Assembly (NCBI GenBank): GCA_951406725.2
Contig: OX597818.1
Location: 108,066,001-108,130,000, forward strand
Origin: Octopus vulgaris
Lineage: Eukaryota
DNA length: 64,000 nt
Reading direction: 5' to 3'
Under the pieces are notes generated by a model, which had not been told where the DNA came from, did not search any database, and was given only the letters and a program-made list of their open reading frames with translations. Below are positions 51,401-64,000 of the stretch, piece after piece. The number at the start of each line of letters is the position of its first letter. Within the stretch, counting starts at the first letter, position 1. Position numbers and translations under genes: made by a program.

Positions 51401-52889
51401 GATGGTAAACATTGCAAAAGTCTTCCTGTGAACTTTCTTTGAGATATTTGGTCATCATGGGAAGCTGCAGTGTAGAACTAAACTGCTTTTGAGACAAAGT
51501 GATATACGCCACAACATACACCACAACACTTATATAACTTAATAATATTCCATTGACAGCATATGCATAGGATACAAAATAGTTTCACATATCTCAGAGG
51601 GAGAGATGTGTGACTGGAGTGTTAGGAAGAGGAACATTTACTGAGTGAGTAAAAATTGTTATTAAATTAATTGCAGCACTCTTTGACTAACATAATTAAT
51701 TGAATCCATTCCAAATATGTAATTTACTAAATTAAACCACGTGGATTTAATTTTACTTTTATTTGCTGTTGTTGTTGTTGTTGTCCTTGTTGTTGTTGTT
51801 AATACAGTTTCTTTTTCTAAATCTCGCAGTAACTGTCAAATCTTAATCTTCAGCATCGGTTTGTGTGCTTAAACACCATATTATCAAATATTCAAACTAC
51901 TTTACTTTTCCACTAATAATTTGTGATATAATACAGAGTTTCTTGAGGATTTCTATGGCCAGGCACCGGCCATTCATTAACTGAAATAAGGATTGCTATC
52001 ATGTTGCATAGTTCTATGATAAAGAGTGAGGAAGACAAGCACTTCACATTCCTCTTTGATTTGAACCATTCATCATTGCATTTTTTTCTTTAGGTTGGAG
52101 TTGTAGCTATTTTCCCCTTATTTCCTCTTCTTCACCCTCAGAGTTATTATTTTATTAAAACACTCAACAAGAAGTTACATTTCCAGCCAAGAAAAATTCT
52201 ATTTATTGCGATCTAGAATTAGATTTAATATATCTAAAATATTTAACTAACACAACTATTCAATTATGCTTCCGACTAATGCAAACATCCATGCATATAC
52301 AGATACTAACACACACACACACACACACACACAGAATCACGTGTGTGTGGGTGTGCAAGGAGATAATACAAACTGAAGCCGATGAAATTGTCGGTGATAT
52401 TACTAATAGACAGCCATTTGGTTAGTCAATGATTGACAGGTTGTCACCAGTTGTGCTTACAGCTCTTAATAACTCCAAGCTTGTAATACACAAAAGTAAT
52501 AAAACTGTTCCATTTGTTTGTAGAACTCAACTACATCCTTGAGGAAAGTCCCCTGCAATTGACTGTCTTCCTATCCTGGGTGAAATGGGCCCCTAAACTA
52601 CAAAGTATCACAGAAATCCAAGATACTGCTTAGACCAGAACACTGCAGAAGTCTGTAAAAATAAAAGCAAAGAAATAAATGCATTAGCTACCATGAGGCG
52701 ACCTCTCGTGTGAACTTGTGGTGCCTATGAGCACTCCTGTTTCTATCTCTGGCAGAAGATAATCATGTGATTTGTCTGTTTTCCTACTTACTAGGACTTT
52801 AGTTTTTACTGAATTAGCTCTAAGACCCTTAGATTACAAACCTTGCTTCCACTCCTGAAATTTTATCTCCAGTTCAGGTAGTGATTTAG

Positions 52890-53290
52890 CAATAAGAACA
52901 AGGTCATCAACATAGAGGAGTTTCCAGGGGCATACAGTCTTGAATTCCTCTGTTATGGACTAAAGGACTATGATACACAAGAGAGGACTGAAAAGTTAGT
53001 AGGGGTGCAAATTTTGATTTTGCACCCCACAGAAATTCTAGTGGAGGTGCACTTGCACACCCTCCATCCCCTGTTATTGGGCCTATGCTAGTTGCAGCAT
53101 TGCCCACCAGATAAGGGGGCAGGGGACCCTACCAAAAGCTTTCTCCAAGTCAACAAAAGCTAAGTACCGAGGTTTATTTTTGACCAAGTATTTCTCCTGC
53201 AGCTGCCTTACCAGAAATATAGCATCAGTGGTGCTTCTCCCTGGCACAAAACAAAATTGCATCTCTTCATCATTAGTTGAGCTATAGCCC
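52890..53290 (-). mobile_element. Old RTE RT fragments
   Basis: Minus strand gives EMQFCFVPGRSTTDAIFLVRQLQEKYLVK and ITEEFKTVCP..LLYVDDL. Confidence 0.8.
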
Positions 53291-54059
53291 TAACATATTT
53301 CAGTTATTTAGGTTTTGGCCAAATATCAGATTAATTCACTTACTTATGCTTTTAAACATTAAGCATGAAAACTCCTTCGTATGCAGTCACTGCATGCATG
53401 ACTTCCATTCCCGTGTGGGTGTCTACAGCCACAACAAACTCTGCACCACCAGCAGCTGGCACAATTTCTTTGGGCACAGATTCATGATCTCTCAAGACCG
53501 ATGACAGATGCCTACTATTACTATTACACAGCCATATTCATTTTTTGTTAAGCTGCACCACCCACCACCATTATCATCATCATCATCATCATTGTCGTCA
53601 TTGTCCATTACACTTCTCTTACTGAAGCAATCAGTGGAATACTTTCACTTCTTTAATCCTGAATAAAACCCACATTTAAAACCCTCAAAAGTGCTTCGTT
53701 TCATCCACCTGTTATTCATTCCTGGCCACAGCCCCACGTAACAAAGCTAAAACTGCAAGTGAAACCGAAATTATTCCTCTTCAGGGCCAGACAATACTTC
53801 AGCTTCTGCAAAATTCAAGTAAAACATGCTCACAAGGAAGTGTTGTTCCAATATCTAGAATGGTGCTGCTGACATCCAAACATACCAACAAGGCAACTTC
53901 CAGAAGAAGATCATCTGAAGGAATAGCAATAATTCACTAAAATCCCTGAACCCTCAAACATGTAATCTTTGGTTATTCTACCATGATTATGAGCCCTGTT
54001 CCTCTGAACATGCTAACTTCTTTTAAATTTACCTGACAAAACCTAAATAACTGAAATAT

Positions 54060-54205
54060 ATTAGGGTTATAGCTCAACTAATGATGAAGAGAATTTTCCT
54101 AGATGAGATGCAATTTGGTTTTGTGCTACGGAGAACAACCACTGATGCTATCTTCCATGTAAGGCAACTTCAGGAAAAATACTTGGCCAAAAATAAACCT
54201 CTTGT
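54060..54205 (+). mobile_element. RTE RT fragment (inverted partner of 53165-53315)
   Basis: LDEMQFGFVLRRTTTDAIFHVRQLQEKYLAKNKPL. Confidence 0.85.
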
Positions 54206-56782
54206 GTTTGTAGCAGAGCCACAAGCCCCTCAGTTTAACTCTTCCTTGACAAAGATCCTACCTTCTGAAATTCCTTTCCAAATCACATTTTTCTCAAACA
54301 TTATTCTAACATTAAGAACTATGCCATATTCAATTTCATCAGCAGGTGAAAATGAAATTATTACTCTTGTTCATGTGAGAGTCCATGTTATGGACCAATC
54401 AGTAACCAGACTTCATCTGAAAGATCATCCTGGATCCTTCTGGAATGTCCCTGTACAAGGGTTGTATGAAGGCTTTTTTTTTGGCACCAATTTTCAGTGT
54501 GTGACAACCCATGGCCCACACCACATACTCCTGTCTCATTATAATAATCATTATAATGACTTTTGCTCCACCTGGATGTATCAATATAGTTGGCCAATAT
54601 GAATCTAATGTGCTCAGTTTCCCCTATTTTGGTAAGATTCAGTACAAAGCTTTGTTATCAACTATTTATGGATGCTGCCAATTTATTCTTTCAATGGTGT
54701 TGACTTGTTGTGGAAGTTTTCTAATTCATGACCAGCCTCAGTATTTCTTGTGCAGCGAAATTAAAGTTACTACGAAATGTTTGTGAGGTGTTGTATCATT
54801 TACACTCAGCCTCACTCATACCACCTTTGCAACAGCTGTTTGGTGTATTATGTGGCTGTTTCGTTATTTAAGTGTTTCGTTATTCGTGTTTTGAGATTTA
54901 AACATACTTATTTAAATGATGGAATCAAGCTTTGCAAATCTTATAATGAAGATGATATATTTTGCAGAAGCAGATTTGGTAAGAGCAACTGAAGAAAAGG
55001 TTTTTGAAATTTTTGTATTTTATAGTTTTCACTGAATCTTTTAAAGTTTAGTTAATCGCAGCTTTCAGGTGTCCTCTTTTCTCTTGAATTTCTTTATTAG
55101 AATTGGTTGAGGAATTAAATGTTTATTGTGTGCCATGTTTTTTAGCAAAACCTGATGTGGATGACATATACAGTGTTTTCTGTTGACATTCTAATATTAT
55201 TTTCTCCTTCATTTTGGCCACTGTCGCTGATGTCTTGTGACGATAATGTAGTTGTCTATTATGGAATTCATGAGGAATTTGTCAAGTTTATTTGGCTCTT
55301 TAGTGTATTTCTGATGGTATCAGATTTCGTGTGAACTATTTGAACATAATTATAAGGTATTTCTGTGGACAGATGTCAACAATAAAACCTGCTCGTACCA
55401 GAAAATTTCATTAAACACTGCAATTAAAGGCACCAAATCAGTCACAATTTTGAAGATTCCTTAAACAAACTATCCAAAGAGAAGAATGCTATATCTTTGA
55501 GCTCCTCACTTGGTGGCCATATTAGTCAGATTCTAGTAGTGAATGGCACGCAATCACAACTCCATTTTCGCATATACTACAGCCATGTAGACAATGTATA
55601 TGTTGTAATTAAGGAAATTACCCACTTAGATAAATTAAACATATTGTTAAAAAAAACCAGTCAGAACTTCAACTCTTTCAGTGAAACAGACAAACACAAT
55701 AAAACGATAAGTATCAACACATCCATTGCTGACACAAATAAACCAATCAACACACGCATACTCTAACATAAAAGTCAAATGAACTCATATTACAAAACTG
55801 TTGAAAGAGTTTTAAGGAGAATAAACAAAACACACAATGCACAAATACTAAACACAAATTAGATTTAATTGTCTACCATAAAAACTTAAAACTAGGACGT
55901 CCACTTTTAAGTAATAACACATATAATAAAAGGAAACACAGCACCAACAATTACGACAAGCTTAATACCGTTGCTGCACGCAACCACAATACATTTAGCA
56001 TCAGAACAATACTCTGTGCGTGCATGCACGTGTGTGTGTGTGTGTGTGTGTGTGTTATGTAATTAAAATTGTAGCAACCAATGTAGCTTGTGAACTTCAT
56101 TTCTAACATGATTGTTATAATTGTTGTGACATATCTTCTTACATTGGCAGAATGTGAAGGAGACTACGATGCATGTTTAAAAAGATATACATTGCGTATA
56201 CACTTCTAAATATATATACATTGAAGTAGAGATCCATAAATGGTGGATGTTAGAAGTCTTTGATGTATTATTTTAAGACATCATCTGAGGGGAAACAATG
56301 TAAATCAAAAACTTCAGAATCAGATTTGAAGTTCTATTGTCACAAAAACATTTTCTTCAGATCAGCAAAAAAGACTACATGTTCACTTGACATATTAGAA
56401 ATAGCTGCTAAATGTCCTTCAAAGTACACCATACTGACTTAAAGTTTGGGTAGCATTGCTTCAATGCCTTTAGCCGTTGCTCAGCTTGACCTGTAACTGG
56501 ATAATGATTTGGATCTAAATAGTGTTAATTTTTCTTAGATCAGCCAAAAAGCAGTAAACGGGAGTCAGATATTTTGAGCCTTTATCTAGAAATAAGGGAC
56601 GGAATTTGGTAAGAATAAACTTTTGTATGGATACCTCTGTGTGTGTGTGTGTGTCTGTATGACCCTATGTAGGTGATTATGTCCCTCTCTCATTGCTTAA
56701 GGATCTGTGTTTATTTGTTCACAACCCTTCAACTTATTGGTTTAACAAAAAGCATCTAAAGGATCAGTACAAGACATACACA

Positions 56783-56817
<35 letters not shown>

Positions 56818-56974
56818 ACAAACGTATAAATATGCAATTTACAAGTAAATACACATATGTAACAGCATACCAGAATGCTATGACAACTAAATGAGTTTAT
56901 TAGCAAATTTACAAACTTAGGAAAATGTATACATAATGATGATGATGATGTATACGTATATACTTACATACAAA

Positions 56975-57270
56975 TGTATGTGTGTATGTATGTATGTGTG
57001 TATGCATGCATGCATCTATATATATGTATGTATGTATGCATGTATGTATGTGTGTATGCATGTATGTATGTATGTATGTATGTATGTATGTATGTATGTA
57101 TGTATATGTATGTATGTATATATGTATGTATGCATGTATGTATGTATGCATGTATGTATGTATGCATGTATGTATATATGTATGTATGTATGCATGTATG
57201 TATCTATGTATGTATATATGTACGTATGTATGTATGTATGTATGTATGTATGTATGTATGTATGTATGTA
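56975..57270. repeat. (TATG)n microsatellite
   Basis: Directly visible. One of dozens of (TA)n, (CA)n, (TATG)n and (TAGA)n tracts, e.g. 1-360, 800-1125, 4465-4619, 22020-23000, 59045-59185, 62467-62620. Confidence 0.95.
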
Positions 57271-57539
57271 GGGTATGTAGGGTGTGTAGACATTTTTTGA
57301 TTGCTTTTCATCTGAAGCATAACCTTTTCCGAGTGAATCTAAAGCAAGAACAGGACCCATACAGTCTGGCAGCAGTTTTCCTCTCCTGCTTCTGGTCAAA
57401 GAGTGGAATGTGTTGTTGATTTACCAATAATGTAATTCTTCCATTCACACTGAATCGAAATGTTTTATACGCAACAAATGTCAAACAAATTATCTTTCAT
57501 TAAAAACTAATTACAAACAATTAAGTTATATCTTTTTTT

Positions 57540-57760
57540 CTTTTATCTTTTATTTGTTTCAGTTATTAGACCGCGACCATGCTGTGGCACCACTTTCAAG
57601 TGTTTCTAGTCAACTGAATCAACTTATTTTTTTAAAGCCTGGCTCCTACTCTATCAGTCTCTTTTGCCAAACCACTAGGTTACAGTAACATAAATAAACA
57701 AACACTGGCTGTTAAGCGATGGTGGGGGGGGGGGCAAACACACACACACAAAGACACATA
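57540..57760 (-). mobile_element. SINE family A, 3' part
   Basis: Reverse match to the family A tail. Confidence 0.75.
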
Positions 57761-57862
57761 CATATAGATTCACACACACACATCCACACACCCACATACA
57801 CACACATTCACACACACATACATATGTGCATGCACACATACACACACACAAGCACAGATATG

Positions 57863-58630
57863 TGAGGTGTATTCCAGAAGTTTTGAAATTCTTTTAAGAA
57901 GATGCTGTTGTAACTGTGTCCTAGATTATTCTAATTGTAGTATATCATTATCATTCGTCTAATAAGCTGACCTGCCAATCTTTGTTATTCCAGATTGAAG
58001 GAGACTGTTGTAACATCACTTTGGAACCCCACCACCACCACCAAATAAATACTGCTTGTCACAGCTGACTAGTTTGTAGAGTGCAGTCAACTGGAGCAAA
58101 AATTCTAGAGAAACTTATGAAATGATTCAGTCTGTGAAGCAAACATCTCTTTATCCCTTGGCACACAACAGGCCTAGCAGAGCAAGTCCACCAGGAAGTT
58201 CATGAGGATTCTCTTTCCTGACAGCAAGGACACCACCTACATCCACTGGCGTCCTTTCTGACCAGGCGGTCAACAGAGAGTACTCTGTGGAGGTTTTGAA
58301 GGAGTGTAGAAAGAGATTCCATCATGAAAGGTGAGAGTCCCTTCACCAGGACAATGCACCCAGTCCACACTTTCATCCTGGCAATCAACAGCAGAGATGG
58401 ACATCAAAACGGTTCCTTGCCCTCCCTACTACAGTCCAGACTCTGTTCCCTCTGATGTTTGGTTGTTCCTCAAACTGAAAGAGAAGATGAAGAGGCTCTT
58501 GGACACCTTCACTTTGAAAGACATTCATGGGGCCCTTAACAAAGTGGTTGGAGTGCTACTACAAGGGCAATGAAGTCAAAGGATCCGACTTTGAACAAGA
58601 TTACAGTTTCGAACTTCTTTGAAATTAATA
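57863..58630 (+). mobile_element. Mariner transposon relic
   Basis: HQDNAP and PCPPYYSPDSVPSDVWLFLKLKEK (the YSPDLAPxD motif); internally deleted. Confidence 0.82.
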
Positions 58631-59056
58631 AATGTGTGTGTGTGTGTGTGTACACGCACGTGCATCATCATTGCCATACTTATTTTACTGCTGCCACTTT
58701 TCATACTGGTACGGGTTGGACAGTTTAACAAGATCAGACTAGTTGGGGGCTCACTTTTGGTTCCAGTGTCTCAACATGGGCTTGGTGTGTCCTCTTTAAT
58801 ACCACCCACGTTACACAATGCACTAGGTGCATTTTCCATTGCACCAACACAACCAAAGTTGTCTTGCTATGTTTTCCCAGACCCATCAACACAGGTAAGG
58901 CTGCTTTGCATTTCAGAAGGTGAAAGAGCCTCAATGATTGAAAAGGAGATAAAGGGAGACAGAGAGAAAGAGAGAGAGAGAGAACTTTGAAAGGGATGTT
59001 GATTGAAACTGTAGCATGATGTTGGGGGGGGGTATTGAGTGCCTATGTATGTATGT

Positions 59057-59188
<132 letters not shown>

Positions 59189-59699
59189 GCATATAAATGG
59201 GGACAGGATGTCACCAACAGTGCAAATAACATGAAATACGTAAACACAGAGAAATGACCCTTCATCAGTTGTCAAATGTCTATCTACTCCTCATTTCATG
59301 CATTCAGTGACTATATGAGTCTTCAAAGACAGTTGCTCCCATAAATTCCAAAATAAAATTTTGGATTTATGGAGAGTCAAAGCTGGGAACAAAAACCAAA
59401 CAGTGGAGACATACAGGGAAACTGAATGAAAACAAACATGGAGGGTCGTTAGACCAGAACGAGAGAGAAATAGTGAACACTGGGAAAAACATTTTTATTC
59501 ACATACACACACATTTAGTCATTCTGCTAAAACATTCTTCAAGGAAGTGCTCTAGCATGGCCAAAATCTAAGGAGAGAAACAAATAGAGGATAAAAGATA
59601 ATATATATTTGAAAATATACGCATATGAATATATCATATTTGCCAAGAGACTTACACACACACACACACACATTTGCATAGATTTGCAGAGGTTTTGTA

Positions 59700-60350
59700 A
59701 CTCGTACAAAAATATTTCATAATATCAGAACAAATACATGAAACAAACAGTATTTCATTCCAAAAGTTTCAGCTATGAAAACTTCCTTCATTAGCAACGA
59801 TAAATTCACATATTTCCCGATGACATTCAACAAAGAGAACTGAATATGCCAAGTTAGCGAAGCGTATAAAATCATATGTTAATTCATCTTCCCGAATCAA
59901 ACCATTGTGTTGGTGTTGAACAAGCTCCGATAACAATTACAGCCGAGCATAACGTCTGCGCTACTTGCTGACCTTCAACATTCAATCATTAACTGAACCT
60001 TGCTAATTCAGTGATCCAAAATTCTAATGAAAAACCACTCATGAGGAAAAACAAACACAAGAAAACCGTTTGGCCCATTACAAGAGATTTTGTTTGGAGA
60101 ATGGATGAGGCAAGTGATTCCAGTTCTGTGTAGGTTACACGTCTTTTATTCAAAGTTCTTGTTATGCTCTTAGGCATATCTTTATTGTCATGCAGTAGAA
60201 TTTCATGACATGCGATGTTCGTTACTTAACTGTCAGCGTTATCTTCGACATTAAACGTTGCTCAAGAGTATCGGTCACTTTCCCATCTGCACCGCCACTC
60301 ACTCACAGAACTCGCTCTAATCCAATTACTTTCGTATGTTCTTGGAATGA
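59700..60350 (-). mobile_element. Possible highly decayed hAT-like transposase relic
   Basis: Scattered minus-strand fragments GADG, TCLIH and LAY..VNLSL occur in the expected order, but no continuous frame. Confidence 0.25.
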
Positions 60351-60409
60351 TTCTGGTGCTAGTGGTGTCATTATCTTTGTCGTCATTGTCATCATGTTAA
60401 TTCATCCTC

Positions 60410-60900
60410 ACCACCACTACAACCAACACCACCACAACCACCACCACAACCACACTCACAACTACCACCAACACCATCACAACCACTACCACCACCACAA
60501 CTACTACAACCACCACCACCACCACAACCACCACCACCACCACCACAACCACCACAACCACAACCACCACCACAACCACAACCACAACCACCACCACCAC
60601 CACCACAACCACCACCACAACAACCACCACCACCACCACCACCACCGCCACCACCATCATCGTTACTATCATTATATTCCTTCTCATTTTCATCATTGTC
60701 ATCGTCTTTGTCACCATCATCATTTTAATCATCATCTCATTCATTCATTCATCACCCTCATTATCACCATAATCCTCATGTTCAATCCTCCTCCTCCTCA
60801 TCATCATCATAATCATCCTCTCATTTATTATCCGCTTTATCATTATTAGCATCAGCATTGCCATAATGATGATGATCATCATCATTATCAATATCATCAT
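60410..60900. repeat. (CCA/CAA)n followed by degenerate (CAT)n tract
   Basis: Directly visible; source of the poly-H and poly-V ORFs. Confidence 0.92.
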
Positions 60901-61000
60901 CAGCTGATGGCATTGTCCCAATCCCCAACTCTTCCGCCTCCCCCTGCTCCTCTTCTTCACTGTCACCAGCATCATCAGGAAACATCATGAAACACATCAT

Positions 61001-61238
61001 GGAGCTGGCAGAATCATTGTCACGTGAGGCAAAATATTTGCTGGCATTTTTTCCGTCTTTAAATCCCAAGTTCAAATTCCACCAAGGTTGACTTAGCCTG
61101 TCATCCCTTTCAGAATCAATTAAATAAGTACGAATTTTGTTCTGGGAGGTTGAGGGCTATTAGGAGGGGGGGGGAGGTCGATGTAATCAACTTAATCTCT
61201 CTTCTGAAATTGCTGGCCTTGTGCCAAAATTTGAAACC
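61001..61238 (+). mobile_element. SINE family B
   Basis: Similar to 37411-37620; followed by an RTE UTR piece (61245-61392) and a minus-strand family A SINE (61395-61617). Confidence 0.8.
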
Positions 61239-62465
61239 ATTCTGGTATGTAAAGAGCACCATTCAAGTGTGGTCAATGCCAGTGCCGGCTGACTGGCTCC
61301 CGTGCTAGTGGCACATAATAAAGCACCCACTACACTCTCGGTGTGGTTGGCATTAGAAAGGGCATCCAGCTGTAGAAACTCTGGCAGTTCAGACTGGGGA
61401 GGTAAACAAACCAACACCATTTGTCAAGTAGTCATTGGAGACAAACACAGACACATAAGCTAGAGGCTTCTTTTCAGTTTCTGTCTACCAAATCCACTCA
61501 CAAGGCTTTGGTCAGCCCTGGGCTCTAGTAGAAGACTCTTGCCCCAAGGTGCCATGCAGTGGGACTGAACATGTACTTTGGAAGCAAACGTCTTACCACG
61601 CAGCAACCCCTGTGCCTCTTGGTCTACTGTTGTTAAATTAAATACCAGTAATATATTGGTTCCATGTAAATGACTCAGCTAATCCACTCCCCAACCCCTT
61701 ACAAGTACCATGGCTAAGAGGGAGAAATTCACATTAAAAATACTCACATCTTCACTAAAACACTTCTCTTTCTTCTATTGATGATGATGATGGTAGTGGT
61801 GGTGGTGGTGGTGGTGAGGAGGAGGAGGAGGAGGAAGTGGAGGAAGATTTGTTCATCACCACTGACATCATCATCAGCAGCAGTAGTATCATTTTCAACT
61901 TCATCACAATTAATACCACCACCATCCCCACCATCATCATCACCATCATCATCATGGCCATCGCCATCATCCTCATCATCATCATCATCGTCGTCGTCAT
62001 CATCATCACTCATACTCAGTACCATTAGTACCATGAGTTAGTAGCAGGCAGTGACAGAAATAGTAGTCGTGGTATCAAATCGCCGTCGTTATCCTTCTTT
62101 CATTTCCGTTCATCAGAACCGGATTAAATACCTCGATGTCCATGGATTTGATGAGCCTGCTAATATGTGTTTCCTCGTAAATTGGTAGGAACTAGTGTGA
62201 AAGAGAGAAGGGTGGATGGATATACGGTGGGGTGAGAAGTTGAGAGAGATTAAGAGAAGAGGAGAGAAGTAAGAAGGAGAGAGAGAGAGAATGCAGCCCT
62301 GGTTTGGCACTTTCCATCAAAAGATTAAAAATATTATCTTCATATTGATGTTACCAATTTTACTTGACAGAAACGTTGGCAGGATGTAAACATGGAGTGA
62401 GCTGGAGACTGAACACTTATGTTTGCTTCACTTTTCCTTCGTATCTCTGTCAAATTATATCACAG

Positions 62466-62498
<33 letters not shown>

Positions 62499-62499
62499 A

Positions 62500-62547
<48 letters not shown>

Positions 62548-62989
62548 CATCTATCTATCTATCTATCTAGCTATCTATCTGTCTGTCTGTCTGTCTGTCT
62601 ACCTGTCTGTCTCTCTGTCTGTCAATTTGTACAATCAGAGTCAACGGCTAGTAACCGATACCACTGAGGACAGATCATTGATTGTAAAACCCATCACTGC
62701 CTCACAGCATCTTGATAACAAATGGGAGTATAGAAAGCAGCCTAATGGCAGCAGCACAACAACTCTTATACTACGATGCAAAAACGTTCAGCCTTTGTCC
62801 AGACTTGTTGGTTCCACTTCAGTCTCATTAGGCGCAAAACGATTACCAAAGATGATGATGTACATTTATGTAAATAATATATGCATAAAAGACCAGACAC
62901 ACACACACACACGCGCGTATGTGTGTGTGTGTGTGTATAATAAAACAAGATATAGTATAAAACATATATGGAAGATTTTCTGGCAAGGT

Positions 62990-63870
62990 TGAGTCAGGTA
63001 TTCCATGCACTGTTTACTTAACCACTTCTCAAATCATTTCCAAGTGCAACCAAATGCACCACTAAGCATCTCATGTTGAAAAGATCCTGACATCCTGAGG
63101 CATTCTTTTTTAAGTTCCTCATAATATCTTAATTTTAATTTTACAAATACTTTATCCTTTGGGTGTTGTTTATATTCTGAACATGACTGTTTATGTAATA
63201 TTATCGTTTGTTAAGAGACCATGGCACCATAGATGCCTAATTTTGTCAAGCAACTCGTTGTTTGATTTTCGAATCCATTGATTTCCCATCGTTATTTTCT
63301 TTAAAAGAAAATTTTCACCCTCAAACCGTATCATTTTGTGATTTTTTATTCCTTTTTCCATTCATAGCTTTGTTTACAATTATTTCTTCCTCATAGCACA
63401 ATGAAGATGTTATACTGTTAGGACTGTTTTTATCCATTTATTTGTGATACTGGGGTTTCGGCTAATAGTCTTCTGGAAATTGGAGTTCTTTTTGTTGTTG
63501 CCATAAAAATTGATTATTTTAATTGTTTTCTTCTTCGATTTAGCTTTTCCGTTCTTCAGGACAGTCAACACTAGAGTGTGTTTTACTCTGACAAACAAAA
63601 AATCTACGCTTTCTGCTCTCTACCTCGACACCTTCAACTAGGCACAGTTCAGAAATTATTTTATGGCACTCAGATTCATTAGGTATGACTTGCAAGACCA
63701 TTTTGATGTGCCCTGACCAAAACCATCCTTCATTTAAGTATTTAGACCACTTTCCTATACCGCAATACAAAATGTCACAACTAGCCATGGATTGAATTTG
63801 TTTCCAATGTCTCTTGTGTTTCTTTGACGCATAACATGACACAATCGTTGAGTCAAAGGTTTGTCTCACA
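62990..63870 (-). mobile_element. Tc1/Tc3-like transposase relic
   Basis: Eroded motifs in the correct order: NSPNS..AMRKK (cf. DGPDG..DLRKE), MDS..NELL, TNDN (cf. QQDN) and QDL..M (cf. SPDLNP). Confidence 0.5.
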
Positions 63871-64000
63871 ATTTCAATCAGTGCTCTGACTGTGTTTCAA
63901 TGTTAAGGATTCAGTAAATAGTGCTATAGCATTTGCTTTTTTCATTTGAAATAATTTCTCTTGTTCTGTAAGGCTTCTTGTACTACTTGGCGTAAGGAGA

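Noticed and set aside
54985-55017. CTGAAGA..GAAA hammerhead
   Set aside because: Only A/T pairs in stem II and too few bases for helix III; likely chance.
54290-55370. Retroelement coding relic
   Set aside because: The sequence is complex, but I could not recover any convincing motif, so it is left uncalled.
60205-60849. His-rich 214-aa ORF
   Set aside because: Trinucleotide repeat expansion.
62660-62700. CTGAGGA plus hairpin as a hammerhead
   Set aside because: No GAAA box and no stem I.

Overview
This is AT-rich, microsatellite-saturated animal DNA; the SINE and LINE families point to an octopod cephalopod (inference). I cannot support any host protein-coding gene: most supplied ORFs are translations of simple repeats. 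The window holds a nearly intact 5'-truncated RTE LINE (47275-49957), older RTE relics and many RTE 3' tails. It also holds three Dong/R4-type LINE fragments in (TAA)n, Tc1/mariner relics, three tRNA-derived SINE families, a Helentron-like element, and a 3.26-kb 42-bp minisatellite partly derived from RTE coding sequence. The strongest signal outside the ORF track is a set of small elements lodged in or beside (TA)n/(CA)n tracts. They carry minimal type-I hammerhead ribozyme (HHR) motifs and fold-back inverted duplications, and Penelope RT and GIY-YIG relics occur in the same window. The best case is 27492-28075: a ~355-bp HHR-containing monomer in partial tandem, capped by a 133-bp hairpin, i.e. 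a candidate retrozyme or Penelope pseudo-LTR unit. All motifs were read by eye; coordinates of degenerate elements are approximate.
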